Positions 46,900-59,619 of a stretch of DNA of 64,000 nt are shown here, piece by piece. The notes beneath the pieces were generated by a model. That model had not been told where the DNA came from. It did no database searches and was given only the letters and a program-made list of their open reading frames with translations. Origin of the DNA: Dicyema japonicum (lineage: Eukaryota; Animalia; Dicyemida). The translations under genes and the position numbers were made by a program. Location: positions 9,239 to 73,238 of the forward strand of contig RDEW01000078.1 of assembly GCA_011109175.1 (NCBI GenBank), read 5' to 3'. Position 1 is the stretch's first letter, and the number at the start of each line of letters is the position of its first letter.

Positions 46900-48030
46900 A
46901 TGAAGAGGATCCCTTCTGTTTTTTATCCTTCAATATTGGTTTGTTATGCGAGTTGCTAATCTATAATCAAAATAATGGCTAACCTCCCAAATCATTGTTT
47001 GATCTACGAATAGCATCTGTGAATGACGGCTTTTAAATTCCTACAATATCAAATCCACGTATATACTAATTAATAACAAATAACCTCAATTGTTGTATTC
47101 AATTTTTTCACAATTTGCTCTATCCAATCCTGTAACCCTTACTCTTATAGATCTTCTATGTCCAGACGGTTCTCTCTGGGATTACTACAACGTTTACGAT
47201 ATTTAATATCCTGCCTTGATTCCCTCTCGTAGATACCAACGATATAAACACAGACGATCTTTTATTGTAGAGTTATGCTATGTTTTAGTCGATATAGAAT
47301 CTTTTATTTGAATTTATTTACAAGATATGGGGATAGGATGTTCAGAATATTATTTACTCAGTGGTCTATTCATGATTCAATAATATTGGACCATCTCTTG
47401 GGAGTCTCCTGCAAAAGCCCACATATTGTTGGATCGCCCTGTTTGAACTTCTTTCAATAATTACTGTCCTAGTGAGAATAGTAAAAACTAGGAAAATGCC
47501 AGATTCCTTCCGATTGTCAATGTGTATTCACAAATTCTTTTCTATTGTTATTGTGTATAAACCTCTGTCTTCCAGACATTTCATCCACCAGATTTAATTG
47601 GACCAGATAATTCGAAATCCGATTTGGTTATTAAAGGTATCGTTAACAAAACTTGGAGAATGAATCAAGTCCAACCAAACGCCAGGCATGTTTCTCATTC
47701 TCGTCAGCATAATGACGCTTAGCGAACGTACGCAACTAAATCCCGGATGATTTAAAAAATAAAATATCAGACTTCTATTCTGAAAATCAAAATATGTTGC
47801 CAACCTTGAAAAATTCCATATATTCTTAGTGTCAGGTATAACACCACCCATCTGAGTTAAAGAAGGCTTGTATAAATCCGATATTATGAACCTGATATTC
47901 TATATTTTTTAATAAAGATGGTTATTGATTTTTCTAAATTGATGAACTTTCCCCAAATCATTAAACTAATTTCGGAAGTTATGGGAAATTCTTCAGGGAG
48001 AAAAGTAATTTGTGAATCAAGCTCCTGCAT
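46900..48030 (-). mobile_element. Stand-alone integrase element B, degenerate
   Basis: YADENEKHAWRLVGLDSFSKFC..PL.TKS, paralogous to element A from the integrase core downstream but with a different 5' region. Confidence 0.65.
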
Positions 48031-48345
48031 TTACCAAACAATCTTTTATTGTTTATTAGTCAGAATGTGACAATAATAAGAATGAAACTAATTTCGGAAG
48101 GAATGGGAAATTCTTCGGGAAGTAAAGTAATGCATATGAATCAAGCTCCTGCAGAAATTCTCCGGGAAGAAAAGTAATTCATATGAATCAAGCTCCTGCA
48201 GAATTTGTCCTGGAAGTAAAGTAATGCATATGAATCAACCTCCAGAAGAAATTCTTTGAAAAGAAAAGTAATGTATGTGAATCAAGCTCCTGCAGTTAGC
48301 AAAACAATTTTATATTGTTTATTATTAAGAATGTGACAATAATTA
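47965..48345. repeat. Approximately 121-bp duplication whose second copy contains a 47-bp minisatellite (about 4 units, 48120-48295)
   Basis: gaatcaa(g/c)ctcc starts at 48138, 48185, 48232 and 48279 (period 47), with one copy at 48014. aaactaatttcggaag and aagaatgtgacaataat-like flanks are each present twice. Confidence 0.9.
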
Positions 48346-48399
48346 GTTATTAATAAAGTTAGTTGTTATTACATGTTTTATGGCTTTCTCATGCAATTG

Positions 48400-48900
48400 G
48401 TGTTACATATCATCATCGCATCCCAATGTTCTGTAAGAGACGTCGTGGTACTTTTTCCTTTTAGAATCTTTAGCAGTTTCCTCTCCGGAACCCGGGTACA
48501 ACATTTACTTGACCAAATTCGAGAAAGATGCCGTGCACATACAATCTCAAGATCCACCTTCCTTGGCTTTTTGCAAGGCTACGCTCTTGTCATCTCTTCT
48601 GTCAAGACCACTGGTTCCAGAAGGCAAGTAACGTCTTCGATAGCCCTCCATCGATTTTAACATGACGAAGGAATCTTTCTTCACTGCGTCTGTATGAATA
48701 AGAATGTACTCGTTTCCTATGAACTATCTCACCGCATCGGTGACGGTGTTTAAAGCAGAATTCAAGGCTAGCCGAAGAGCAAATTCGACGCGGATTGTAT
48801 TCCCATCACAGCACTAATTCCACGTAAGGATAAGGCATTGAGCTAGGACACGAATTCTGAGAAAACGCCGCATTTAGACATTTGCTACGATGGGTATCTA
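48400..48900 (-). mobile_element. CRE-like CCHC/RLE fragment
   Basis: ERFLRHVKI...CLLEPVVL....SKRKKYHD, frameshifted. Confidence 0.55.
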
Positions 48901-49189
48901 CAAATCTTCCACAAGATTGAGTTGGTCAAGGCAAGGGATGACAGGTAGCATGGAATGGGCAAATCGACAGAAGACATAAAACCATTACCCCAAACCTTAT
49001 CAGGAGATTTCCGGCCAAAATAGTGTGTGATCCCCAAATGTGAGATTTAGTACCTATTCCAGGTCTAAGTGCTGTTTTTATTATTAATCAAAATTTATTG
49101 TTGAATTATTAAATTTGTTTCAATCAATATTTATTTACTTTTAAATTGCATAGCTTTAAGTGCCATCCAAATCTGAATTAACGGTAAGA

Positions 49190-49570
49190 GGAGACGGAAA
49201 ACGACCAGACGGAATGAAATTTTTGCCATTCGAGGAGGGGAAGTCTTTGTTATGTGATGCTACGTGCTTCGACATCTTTGCTTATCCAACATCGAAGGGA
49301 GCGTGGTAGACACACTGTATGCCGTGTAATAAACAATTAGAGCAAGGGAGGAAACATACAAAGCGTTGAACAATTGGTTCACGTTCTGTCCCATTGTAGT
49401 TGAGACAACAGGAGGAATAAAAGAGAAATCGCTTAGTTTCCTATAGAAACTGGGACGCCTAGTTACACTAAAAAGCCACGACGCAGCGGAGACTCGGTGG
49501 CTTTTTCAGTTGATCTCTGCTGCGACCGTGAGAGACAACACAACGTCGATTATGTCAGTGGGGATTATTT
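49190..49570 (+). mobile_element. CRE-like RLE 3' fragment
   Basis: [28 protein letters not shown]...FCPIVVETTG...RWLFQLISAATVRDN. Confidence 0.8.
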
Positions 49571-49762
49571 TTGATTGATTTTTGTTTTTGATAAATAAAT
49601 TCATATTTCAATTATAAAAAATTAATTGTAATAATAGAAAGATGAATTCTGATTTTAAAGTCGATGACTGTCAATCAATCGACGCTATTAATGAGTAAGA
49701 ATTGTTTATAACAGTGAGTAAGATTTTTTTAAAACAAATTTATTATTAGGAAACATGAGTAG

Positions 49763-49960
49763 TTAATTACTGAGTCCAGCGGATATGATCGAGTGGCTGT
49801 TACCTCTGACTACTGCCAGGGATATCCTTCGGAAAAGCCACTCGGTTTCCCGACGCTCCCTCGAGGCTTTGGTCAATAGACACCCAAGTGCTCCAAGGAA
49901 AGAGACTGTCTTGGGGCCAAAGACTCCGCTCGTCTCGACGACCACTGGCTGTATATGGTA
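49763..49960 (-). mobile_element. CRE-like RLE 3' fragment
   Basis: VVETSGVFGPKTVSFL...ETEWLFRRISLAVVRGNSHSI. Confidence 0.8.
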
Positions 49961-50059
49961 ACAGTTTAGGAGGCTGCTGTATTTTTTTATTTTTGAGTTT
50001 TCATAAGTAAGATTTTATATCTCAGTGATACATTTACAACAGCGAATTTTGAAGCTACA

Positions 50060-50430
50060 AAGTAGAAGATCAGAATTAATCACCTGTGCATAGAAAATAA
50101 AAGGTTATAATGGGAAATTGAAATTTTGGAAAAAACAGTTTGAGAATAACAATCTGGCATCACTGTCATCATTTGAATATTTTAACAACAATAACCGTAA
50201 ATCGGAGTTCATTGGTGCATGCACTGCTCATCCTGATGGTCTTATTGTAGACTTTGAGAAAAGATTCAATCACTTTTTAAATATGGATTATCCACTCTGG
50301 TTTGCAGACCTAAAATTATGAACCAGAAATAAAAATCTTGAGTAGTTTGAAATGCTGTTAGATTTGAAAGAAAACGTAAAACTAAGAACAAGAGTTGATA
50401 AAGGTGTCCAGAGTAATCTAACACTTGTTA
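50060..50430 (+). mobile_element. hAT (Buster-like) transposase internal fragment
   Basis: LKFWKKQFENNNL..L...H.DGLIVDFEKRF..F...DYPLWF.D. Confidence 0.5.
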
Positions 50431-51349
50431 AAGCTCAATGTTGTATGTATATGGCACCATAACTCGCGGATAAATGTACGGATTTTAATTTAAAAAAAAG
50501 TTATAAACAAATAAAAACAATGTCGAAAAAGTGAGTTGACCAGATATATTTTGATCAATATTAACCTGTCAAAAAGCGTGACCTTCAATGCTAATTTTAA
50601 AAACTCCACTTTAATCATTTCTGGGCACTAATACAAGATCTCAAAGATCGGGAGATAGGTGATAATGAGAGACAGCTCATGTGGTTAAAACAATCAAATC
50701 TTAATATTTTAAACTGCTAATTTAAACACTTTTTTTACATATGGAATATTAAAATACTTATTTAAAATCACCTTAGCACTTAAAATCAAACTAGACACCT
50801 GAGTTATCGTATCACATATTTACGTACTACGTTGAGTTTTAATAAGTATACAAATCCTGGCTGTGGAGGTCTCAGGATAGACTTCAGCGTCGTTTGTCAA
50901 ATAATCGAAGCTCGCGGCAGACCCTAGACCACATACACGCGGAACGTGCGCAGGTGTTTTTGCACCCACCTTTGAGACGTCTATTTTCTTTTGCGCGACG
51001 CTGGGATTCTAGGGAATCTGATTTCTACACGATCAGGAGACCTTTGTGAGCGCAGCTGGTTATGTGAGCGAATCTCGCTCGCCACGCAGAAAGGGAGGCC
51101 GTTATATGACCATTTTTTCACTTTTATCAAAATAAATTGATTTATCTCTTTGAACTTATCTAGTATTGAAAGTACTGAAGGAGAATGGACAGCGAGTAAT
51201 TTTAACATTATACGTTTAATATTGGAAGATTATCAAATAGTTATAATTAAATAAATATAATTTAAAAATAATATTAATTGGTGGTGTTGATGGCAACAAT
51301 CTATGTAGGTTTTTGATAAGACAATTCCCAGTCACAGAGAGCCTATCGT

Positions 51350-51680
51350 TTTACAAAAGTGAGTGAGAACACGAGTGATGAAAATATTGATAACTTTTGG
51401 AAAATAGAATGTTCCCCAAGTTTTGGGAAAGTAAACACAATTTTAAAACATTCATAGAGAATCTATCATTAAATTTATGGTCGCACGTAGTCACCGGAAC
51501 CTTAATGAAGCGTTTAGGATAAAATGTTGTCAGAGATGTCCTTAGTCTCTCTTTGACCACAAAGAAGATTTTGTACAAAATCTCAAAAAAATTGAACTCC
51601 GTTTCCAATTTTTTATCTGAATACCATAGTAGTACTATACATGCTGACATTGCTCTATCTCTTTTGACAATTTAAGGTAA
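51350..51680 (+). mobile_element. BEL/Pao retrotransposon remnant
   Basis: ENIDNFWKIE...YGR.VV...KISKKLN...LSEY resembles the BEL pre-RT region. Confidence 0.45.
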
Positions 51681-52499
51681 ATTAAAATAAATATAAAAAT
51701 TGACTATTTCAAAATAGAATAACCAACAAACGGAAAGATATACATCCCCCGTTTTTTAAGTTATGGACTCTACATTTGGTTTGTATTATTGCTTCTAAGA
51801 ACTGCGACGAATTGCAAATACGTGTCTTTTGAAAGGTCTTGATAAACTATAAAATATGAACCACAAAGTAAGCCTTGTCTGCAAAAAAGAAGGGACTATT
51901 AAATATGCAATTTTTATTGTCTGGCCACTTTTTCAAAAAAATTAGAAGATTTATATTTCTCACTAATATCGTTATTACTGTGTATAGAATGGTCAACTGG
52001 TGACACTACAAACTAGAATGTATGTTGGGGGAGGTGTAGAAAAAGGTTAAAAAGCAATGATCGTTGGAGATAGTGTTCTGGTATGAATGTACTATCATCA
52101 GAAAGTATAAATGTGAAACATTATCTAACCCTCTATTGCAAAGAGAACTTGAGTAAAATAGGTGACAAACCATCATTGCATTAATATTATTGGATAGGGG
52201 CTTGTGAAAGAAATGCGAGAATTATTGGAAACAATCTGATGACTTGAGAATAAATATACGGACATATAGAAAATGTTGATCACATTGTATTAGATGTATC
52301 AATTGAGGACAATAAAGATTTGGGTTATGCAATAAAAGCAACTTCAAGCAGGTAGACCTACGCAAGTCAAAATCAAATAATCGAGGAGGAGAATAAATAA
52401 AACAGATCAGAGATGAAATATAAAAAGTTTTATATTGACATTGAGAGGTTAACCCGAATGGATGATATCCCACTAACGTTTATCGACTATATACGAAAT

Positions 52500-53620
52500 G
52501 GTCTGTGTTGAATAAAAATTCTAAAATTCTGAAATTGCTGGCATAATTTTTCACATAACAACAATTTGAAAAAAAAAATTGAAAGTTTAAGAAGAGAAGA
52601 ATTGGAACAGGGGCTGAGGAGAAAGTATTAACTAATGCCTTGGATAGTCAAAACTTTAATATTAAAAGTTCCTTCACAGAGTTTTGTCAAATGATTTTGT
52701 TGAAGAAGACTGCATCATAGGTGTTAGAACAAAGAGAGAGGATTAATGGAAGAGACAAGATATCAATCATTAACAACAACATATTTTGTTATCACCGAAA
52801 GATTAATTAAAGACAAATTCTTCCAATGTTCCCGACGATAACACGAACACTCTAATACAAAAGTCAATAAAAATGACTAAAGCTGTTCCAGGACATGTGA
52901 ATAACTTCCAAGACACTGTCACATACGCCTAAGTGGAACGACGGACAAAGGTGGAGATATCCCCCTTTTACCAGCTGTGGAATCTGAATTTGGTTTGGAT
53001 TATTGGTTCGTTCGAACACATGAGATTTTCGAAAGATGTCATATTACTAAGCGGATGCACCATTAGCGTATGAAATTGATGAAAATGATAAAATACATGA
53101 CAAATTCGATGACGTTTTTGCATGTTAAAAATAATCTTATTCTCAAAATGGAGTAAGGATTAAGGAAAGAGTAGTCACATACAGGAAGAGAAGATGACTA
53201 AAATAGATTTTAAAGCAAACGTGCTATTACGAGACCACCTAAAAAGTAAACGTTTAAAGAAGCTGGATGTCATGTTTTTTGTGCTACAGAAATTATCTGA
53301 TCAATTATATTGAGAATAATCCAAACTTGGGCTCTTAGAAATGACACCTCTGTAAACCCAACATCTTTGTGTGTTGTAAATCCAGGATTCGTCTTACAAA
53401 TTCGATTACCTAACTTATGAAACAATTTTTGTGTGGAGTATTTCCCAAAGTGTTCCACCTCGTCCTTTTCTCAGCCAATTTGATCGTCTTCGATATGATC
53501 TGAATTGATATTCAGTAACTTCTCCATTTGTCACAATTGTGATCATGAAAGACAGCTAAACGTCAATTATGTTGTCGAGATACAATTTTGATTAATTTTT
53601 GCTATTTTTACTCAAATTTG
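52500..53620 (-). mobile_element. Ty3/Gypsy pol remnant
   Basis: YLDNII, KL..KL...K..FT..EVSFL, YFLG (RT), then GDISTFVRR and P...L..FIDF (integrase). Confidence 0.55.
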
Positions 53621-53880
53621 AAACTAATTAAGTGCATCAAGTTCCCATTGTCACGGAAACAGAAGCATCACAAATAATAAATATCACCAAGAACCACCAT
53701 ATAGATGGAAGACATCCATTTGGTGTTTCAATGCATCACAATAAAAAATAATATTGATGACTCGAAGTGTAAAAAAAATTTAAAGTAAAAAAGATAAGAG
53801 TATTTTTTTTAATTCTGGATTTTTATATTAATTTTTTAATTTGGGTTTTATTAATTTTATATCAATAATTTTTGAACATA

Positions 53881-56275
53881 ATGCAAATTCCTTCATTGTA
53901 TGCACTTTGCATTAATGAATATCGAAAAATCATTAATATGAAGAAGTATGGCGGATTAAGCTCAAAGTCGAAGATGATGTTTGACAAAAAAATACATTAT
54001 GAAATAGAATATTTGAAAGCACAAAATTCACAAAAGATATTATCAGTTTTGCATGATTTCTCAATATTAAGCAAACTCACAGAAGTATATTACAACATTT
54101 TCCGCCTTGATTTGTCCAACAATCAAATTGATATTAAAGATTTATCAAATTTTTGCCAATATTTACCAAATTTAACGAATATTAAGTTGGCTAAAATATC
54201 ATCATCTGAGAATGTGCCTCATCTGCAGTATTTTCCAAATAATATCAATTCTTTCACTCTTTTGGATTATGATGACCCAGTTTTACTTCATTTGCTATTT
54301 AAAAGCGGATTCAGTGAAATTAGGTCACTAGAACTTTTATCAGATTCCTTTCTTGAGAGAAGTAGTCCAAATAAAATTTATTGTTGCACAATCAAACTGA
54401 TCAAAGAACTCGAAAGAATTAATTTTGACAATGTTCTGATATCCAATTTCGAAGAATTTTCCAAAAGTCTTACCAGTCCCAGATCTCTAAGGTTTTTATT
54501 TTGTTAGATTAAGATACTTTTCGTATACAAACAGTAAAAATGTGCATGAATTAAGCTGTGATTGTAGACCGTTATTAAATTTAGCCACTAATTTAGAATT
54601 TTTTGATTTGTCAGGATTCTCGATTGATTATGGTTTACTAAACCCGTATTTTACTAGTTAACATTTAGAGAACTGTCGAAACACAAGATTGACACATTTT
54701 GCTTCCAAAAATATCGCAATTTTTTAAAAATAATGACAATGTGATATTATTAATAATAATTGTAGATTGAATCAAATTTACTCATGTATAATTTGGTTAA
54801 TTCAATTTTTCACTTTGAGCATAAGGATGAGATGCTTTGTTCTACTTTACATTATATTAACAACTGCGACTCTGAAATTCGGCCTTCTCTTTATAAACGA
54901 TTTTTGAGGGTATTTGAAATATATTTTAGTTTATCTGCCGTTTGTTGAAAACATCACAAAATACTAAGGTTATTCGACAAATCATGTAATCGCGTATGTT
55001 GACTTGATAGGTATTATTTAAAAACCGAAATCGATGGAATGAACATATCTGAATCTTATCGATGATTTGAGTCCATGTTACCTTAGCCTTATTTATGAAG
55101 CTATCCTTGTTACTTTAAAAGCTATTGTTGTGATCATTCGGTAGTCACATTTTTATTTTTTTCAGTTCAGAAATTTATTTACACAGTTATAAGTTGCATA
55201 AAACCTTGGGAGTTACCAAATTTTGTAATTTTCTTGCTCATTTTGATTTTGTCTTTTTCATTTTTTACTCAAACATTCGTCAGGGATGTTCACATACACA
55301 TCGAGGAATACACGAATGATTATGATGTCATGTATCCCACAATGAAGAGTAAAAGTATAGATATTTTGTCATATTTTGGATTTTGCGGAACAATCGAGGT
55401 AATTAGTTATTTTAAATTTAGTTTATTGTGAATCATATTAAAAAGTTTAAGGAAGTAGTAGCTTTCCCGTATTGTAATGTGGCTTGGAGGAATTTGTGGT
55501 ATCTACTAGGTGATTTTCTTTTACTTTATGTGTTAGATGCAAACAAAAGAAATGCTACTTGTATGTTGAATTGGGAGGGATTAATCTTATTCTAGACTTT
55601 TTTATACAATTTCCTGAAAATGATATAATTTTAACTGATGACTTTATATATCCAGTTGTTAATGTTATTGAAAATCTTACTAAATTCGAGAATATTCGAC
55701 CTCTGGTTATTAATAGTGGACTGATTAATTATTTATTGTACGTTTTGAGTAATTTTGATAGGAAATATGTAAATTTAGATTATCGGGCTGACATTATTGT
55801 CGCCATCAGCAATTGTTTATCGAACATAATGAGTGACTCCACTGAAGATTTGGAGATTTGCGATTGTCATGTTACTAAAAATCAATGCTTGTCTGAAAAT
55901 ATACTCGATGCAATTGCTTCATGTTCAAATGATAATACGGGACATTCACCTTATGAGGCATACTATCGGTAAGATATCATTTATACAAAAGATCTATTGA
56001 TTCACTTGTAAACCTTTTAAATGAGGAATTAGACCAAAGACTATGGTTTTGGGCCATTTGGGAATTTTCACGAATGGTTTACTACAAACGTACTTTTTGT
56101 TGATTTAGTAGCCCAAATATTCATCCCAATGATGATGCCTAAAAATGTCTTCAGCAAAATTGAAACTTTGGCTTCGCTATCAAATATCAAGGATCTACAA
56201 GAATATGCCATTGTCGTTAAAGAATCTTATAATGTATTTTTCTTATTATTTTAGAATTATCTTTCGAATCACTAA
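53881..56275 (+). CDS. ZER1: ZER1/ZYG11-like CRL2 substrate receptor (VHL box, LRR, ARM), multi-exon, with several apparent 1-nt frameshifts
   Basis: N-terminal MQIPSLYALC (human ZER1 PESLMALC), LRRs, RLTHF (RLTHIP), AWRNLWYLLDAN..N...LGGINLILDFF.QFPEN (SWSALWNITDETPDN...NGMKLFLDCLKEFPEK) and YRS..LV.LL...FWAIW (YRSFEPILRLL...HWATW). Introns include 54492-54513, 54741-54765, 54910-54929, 55399-55421, 55510-55536, 55969-55991, 56090-56111 and 56234-56254. The middle exons are not fully resolved. Confidence 0.78.
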
Positions 56276-57820
56276 TATTAACGATATTTTCTTTAATATT
56301 TTTTGTTCTCATAATTAAAACTTATTGGAGACTTTAAGTTTAAAATAAAGAGATTAATCAAATTTAGTGGTAATTACTTTCGAACTTCTTATTCGAAGTT
56401 TAAAATCCACAGAAAAGTGTCTGGGCTTATCTTCAAGTTTACCATTTGTTTGATCGACTTCTTGGGGGGTATATAAAAAAAGGTATTTTCTAGGCCTGGT
56501 GAGAGAAGTGTTAGCTTCCCATGTTAAGGACAAGACCAACAAAACTTTTGATTTATAAAATATTATTGATTAAAAATTACATTTTTATATCTTTTAATTA
56601 ATTTTAAAGAACGTATGAATTTTTGAATTTAAAAAGTTTAGTTATTTAAGTTTATCAAGTAACCCTGGCATCATTAACTTTTGGAAGACCAGCGGCTATT
56701 AAGTATGATCCAGTAATGTCAGTCTTGCCTTGTAGAAAAACCGTCAATAAGATAAAGAAGAGACGAGAGATTATGAAGAAACTACATCCACAGTTATCCA
56801 AAATTATTTAAGCACATACCCTATTGATGCTGCTGTGAGCTACCAAAAAAAAAACCCTTGCACGTACTGAAAAATTATCTTTTTATTTTTAAAATCAATG
56901 CTGTTCATCCTGATTTTATCGATACTGAAGAAAATTGGAAATTTTTTTAACAAGTAGAGTATTTTTTGATTTAGAATTTTATACCGATGGAAAAATTCTT
57001 TTTAATTGGAGACATGTAGTTCATATTTTTAAGGTTATTCAAAATAAGGTTATTCAACGTCGAAACTTAACATTGATAATGTGACAGGACTAAAACTTAT
57101 TTATCAAAGTCTGTTTATCAGCTGAGCTAGCTAGCTTAGATTTTATATTACTACATTTATAACCAACTGCATCATCAAAAATTTAAAAAATGGAAAAACA
57201 CAGTTGAAGTCAACGACATTCAAAAACTATAGAGGTTTTATTGATTTATTTTAGATTATTTAGATTTCGAAATGTTATTCTACTCCAATATATGTTATGC
57301 TGGTTCGCCTAAATTATTAATTTTTCGAGTTGGATTATTTAACATAATTATGTAATCTTACTCAATACGAGGAAAGTTTCGAAAATGTCAGAATTATTCT
57401 GTAAATTATTAATTTTTCGGATTTTTCTATGGTATTTTTATTTTTAATAACTTGATTAATTTTGGAGAGGCAGGTAGTAATTCATTTATATCAAAATAGT
57501 GTTTTAACTGCCTCTAGATGGCTTATACGATGTATTCATTTTTTCAATTGTAGATGACAATACATGTGGTTTCAAATTATTGCGAAATTTGTAGTTTAAA
57601 TATTTTAGGTATAATAGATCGCGTTCGCTTTGAAATCATATTTGTTTGTATCAATAGATGATGCTATTTGCGATGAAATTATATTTAATATGAAAGAAAG
57701 TAAATTTTGAATATTTATGTTAGAAATTTTAAATTTAATTAAATCCAAAGATAGAAAATTGACTTAATAATCTACTAATTCCAAATGCGAACTGATTCTC
57801 TTAATAATCTAATAAAATGT

Positions 57821-58058
57821 CCAGGTGGTGCAGTGTAACGGATTCAGGGAAAGAAGCCTGGCCCGTAGTTCGAATCACGCTGCTATACATTTTGGACGAA
57901 GCTTCCACGAATCCACGATTTTTTGCCTTGACGAGTGATACCAGTGAACATTTCATTGCGGAACCGGATCGTCTATAAAGGACATACACACAATAAAAAG
58001 AATATAGAAATGAAGAGCATTCCTTAATTCTCCCAGTCGATTAGTTATAATAATAATA
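57821..58058 (+). mobile_element. tRNA-derived SINE, family A
   Basis: Head GGTGGTGCAGTG...GTTCGAATC, body cattgcggaaccggatcgtcta..aggacatacacacaa...gagcattcctt..ttctccc..cgattagttataa matching the reverse complement of 890-990. Confidence 0.8.
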
Positions 58059-58212
58059 ACACAAAGACCACGGTTACACAAACTATCTAATCATATGATC
58101 CTATCACGCTCTAGCAGGGATCTCATTTTGGCCCGATGCTCCTTCCTCGACCGCCCACACAAGCACGTATCGGTCGAGTAATGGACCATCGAAGTCTCGA
58201 CGGCGCGTTCCA
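58050..58212 (-). mobile_element. 3' end of the Jockey-like LINE family seen at 33880-34015
   Basis: gaccacggttacacaaa...tcacgctctagc...cacacaagcacgtatcggtcgagt is the reverse complement of the 3' end at 33.9 kb. Confidence 0.8.
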
Positions 58213-59619
58213 TAATAATCTGTTCTTTATTTTAATAAATATTTTAAAAATAATATATCTTGATTATATTTCTAAAGTAATGTTGTTTTTTTATTTCAGG
58301 AATTGGTAAAACACATCAAAATTATTCCACCATTTTTATAGCGGTTACGTTTACTTCCTAAGCACAACAATATGTGAAGAAATGTGCATCGTATTGAATG
58401 GTTACAAAATAAACCCTTATGCTAGAAAAACAAAAATCTTTCGAATTCAATACAATTAATAAAAATGTAGATCTGATTTATGAGGATTTGCTTATAACTT
58501 CAATTTTTAATCGTACATGATTTTGTTTGTATCGAAAAATATATCCTAGCAGTTAGCCATTAATTGCTACACTTTTTATTAAAATAAGAGAATTTGAATT
58601 GTAGGTGTCTGTCATGTTAAAAATCTAAATCTACGTCTACATAACGATGGGAAAATGAAAAATTCTGACAGGAATGGACTAAGCATCATAAAAATTCTTA
58701 AACAACATTAGCAATAAATCACGTGAAGGTTGAGGTAATGTTTGGAATAACGGCGGCAAGAGTATCAATCATTCGATTAGTAGTGATTTCATTAATAATC
58801 AAAAAATGGAAAGGTAATCATCCAGGCCTTGGTTTTCCTCTTTATCTGTGACAGAGAAAAAGATTTATGTAGCGACATAGCGTCAAACAAGGACAGATGG
58901 TTCATGGTTTAGAAACAGAAATAGATACGTCTCAGTATTACACAATTTCTTCCAGAATTTAAAAATTAAACATTAAGTCATTATGCATCCTTATTAACAT
59001 ATAAAACACATTTGAAAGAAGAATTTTCATTCCTGACTAATTGAAAATCTTAAATAAGTTTAACTCTACACAGCATTTGCCCTTCGACTTTAAGACTTTT
59101 TCAAGTAAATGAATGGACATGTATGTTATAGCTGTACACTACTTTCTATTTTATCAAACAACTTATTTCATTGTTATGCCAGCATTTTTGACAGCTTTCT
59201 CATTATCGTTTTATTGAATCTATCGATTATTCCTTTCTCGAAGATTGTTGGCCTTCAGTGAATATGTTTGATGTTTGAATTAAATGCAAAGTTTTGTTAT
59301 TTCTTGATTTCTGAGTTCAGAGACATTGTCCGACAGAAAAAAATTTTCATGGCCAGCTATAATAAGTTTTCTCTCACTTTTTTTCCAGACTAATTAGAAA
59401 GTAGTCTGACAAATACGAATATATAAAAAAATGTTTTGAAAAGCCAACCTACTATATATGTCAATTACCGTCAAATGCATTTGAAAATTTGATTTACCGT
59501 GAAAAAATTTTTAAGATCTTTAAATTCTATCTGAAACGATTATTCGGACAAGAAGCAAACACTTGGTGATTTATATCTTCAATCTACTATTAAAAAAATC
59601 TTAAACTTTTAAGGGAGGC

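Larger units (their letters stand above)
43714..47656. repeat. Segmental duplication, copy B (of 728-3124)
   Basis: Direct alignment, interrupted by an insertion at about 44212-46357 that is absent from copy A. Confidence 0.92.
56610..58500 (+). pseudogene. Unidentified multi-exon gene remnant, interrupted by a SINE and a LINE tail
   Basis: Several 20-24 nt GT-AG candidates (56713-56735, 56954-56974, 57235-57254, 58277-58299) separate coding-like stretches that contain in-frame stops. No family recognised. Confidence 0.3.

Noticed and set aside
48120-48295. CRISPR-like array
   Set aside because: The whole 47-bp unit is repeated with no unique spacers, the context is eukaryotic, and there are no cas genes.
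801-58058. tRNA genes
   Set aside because: All A/B-box hits are SINE heads attached to repeat bodies and lack a complete cloverleaf.
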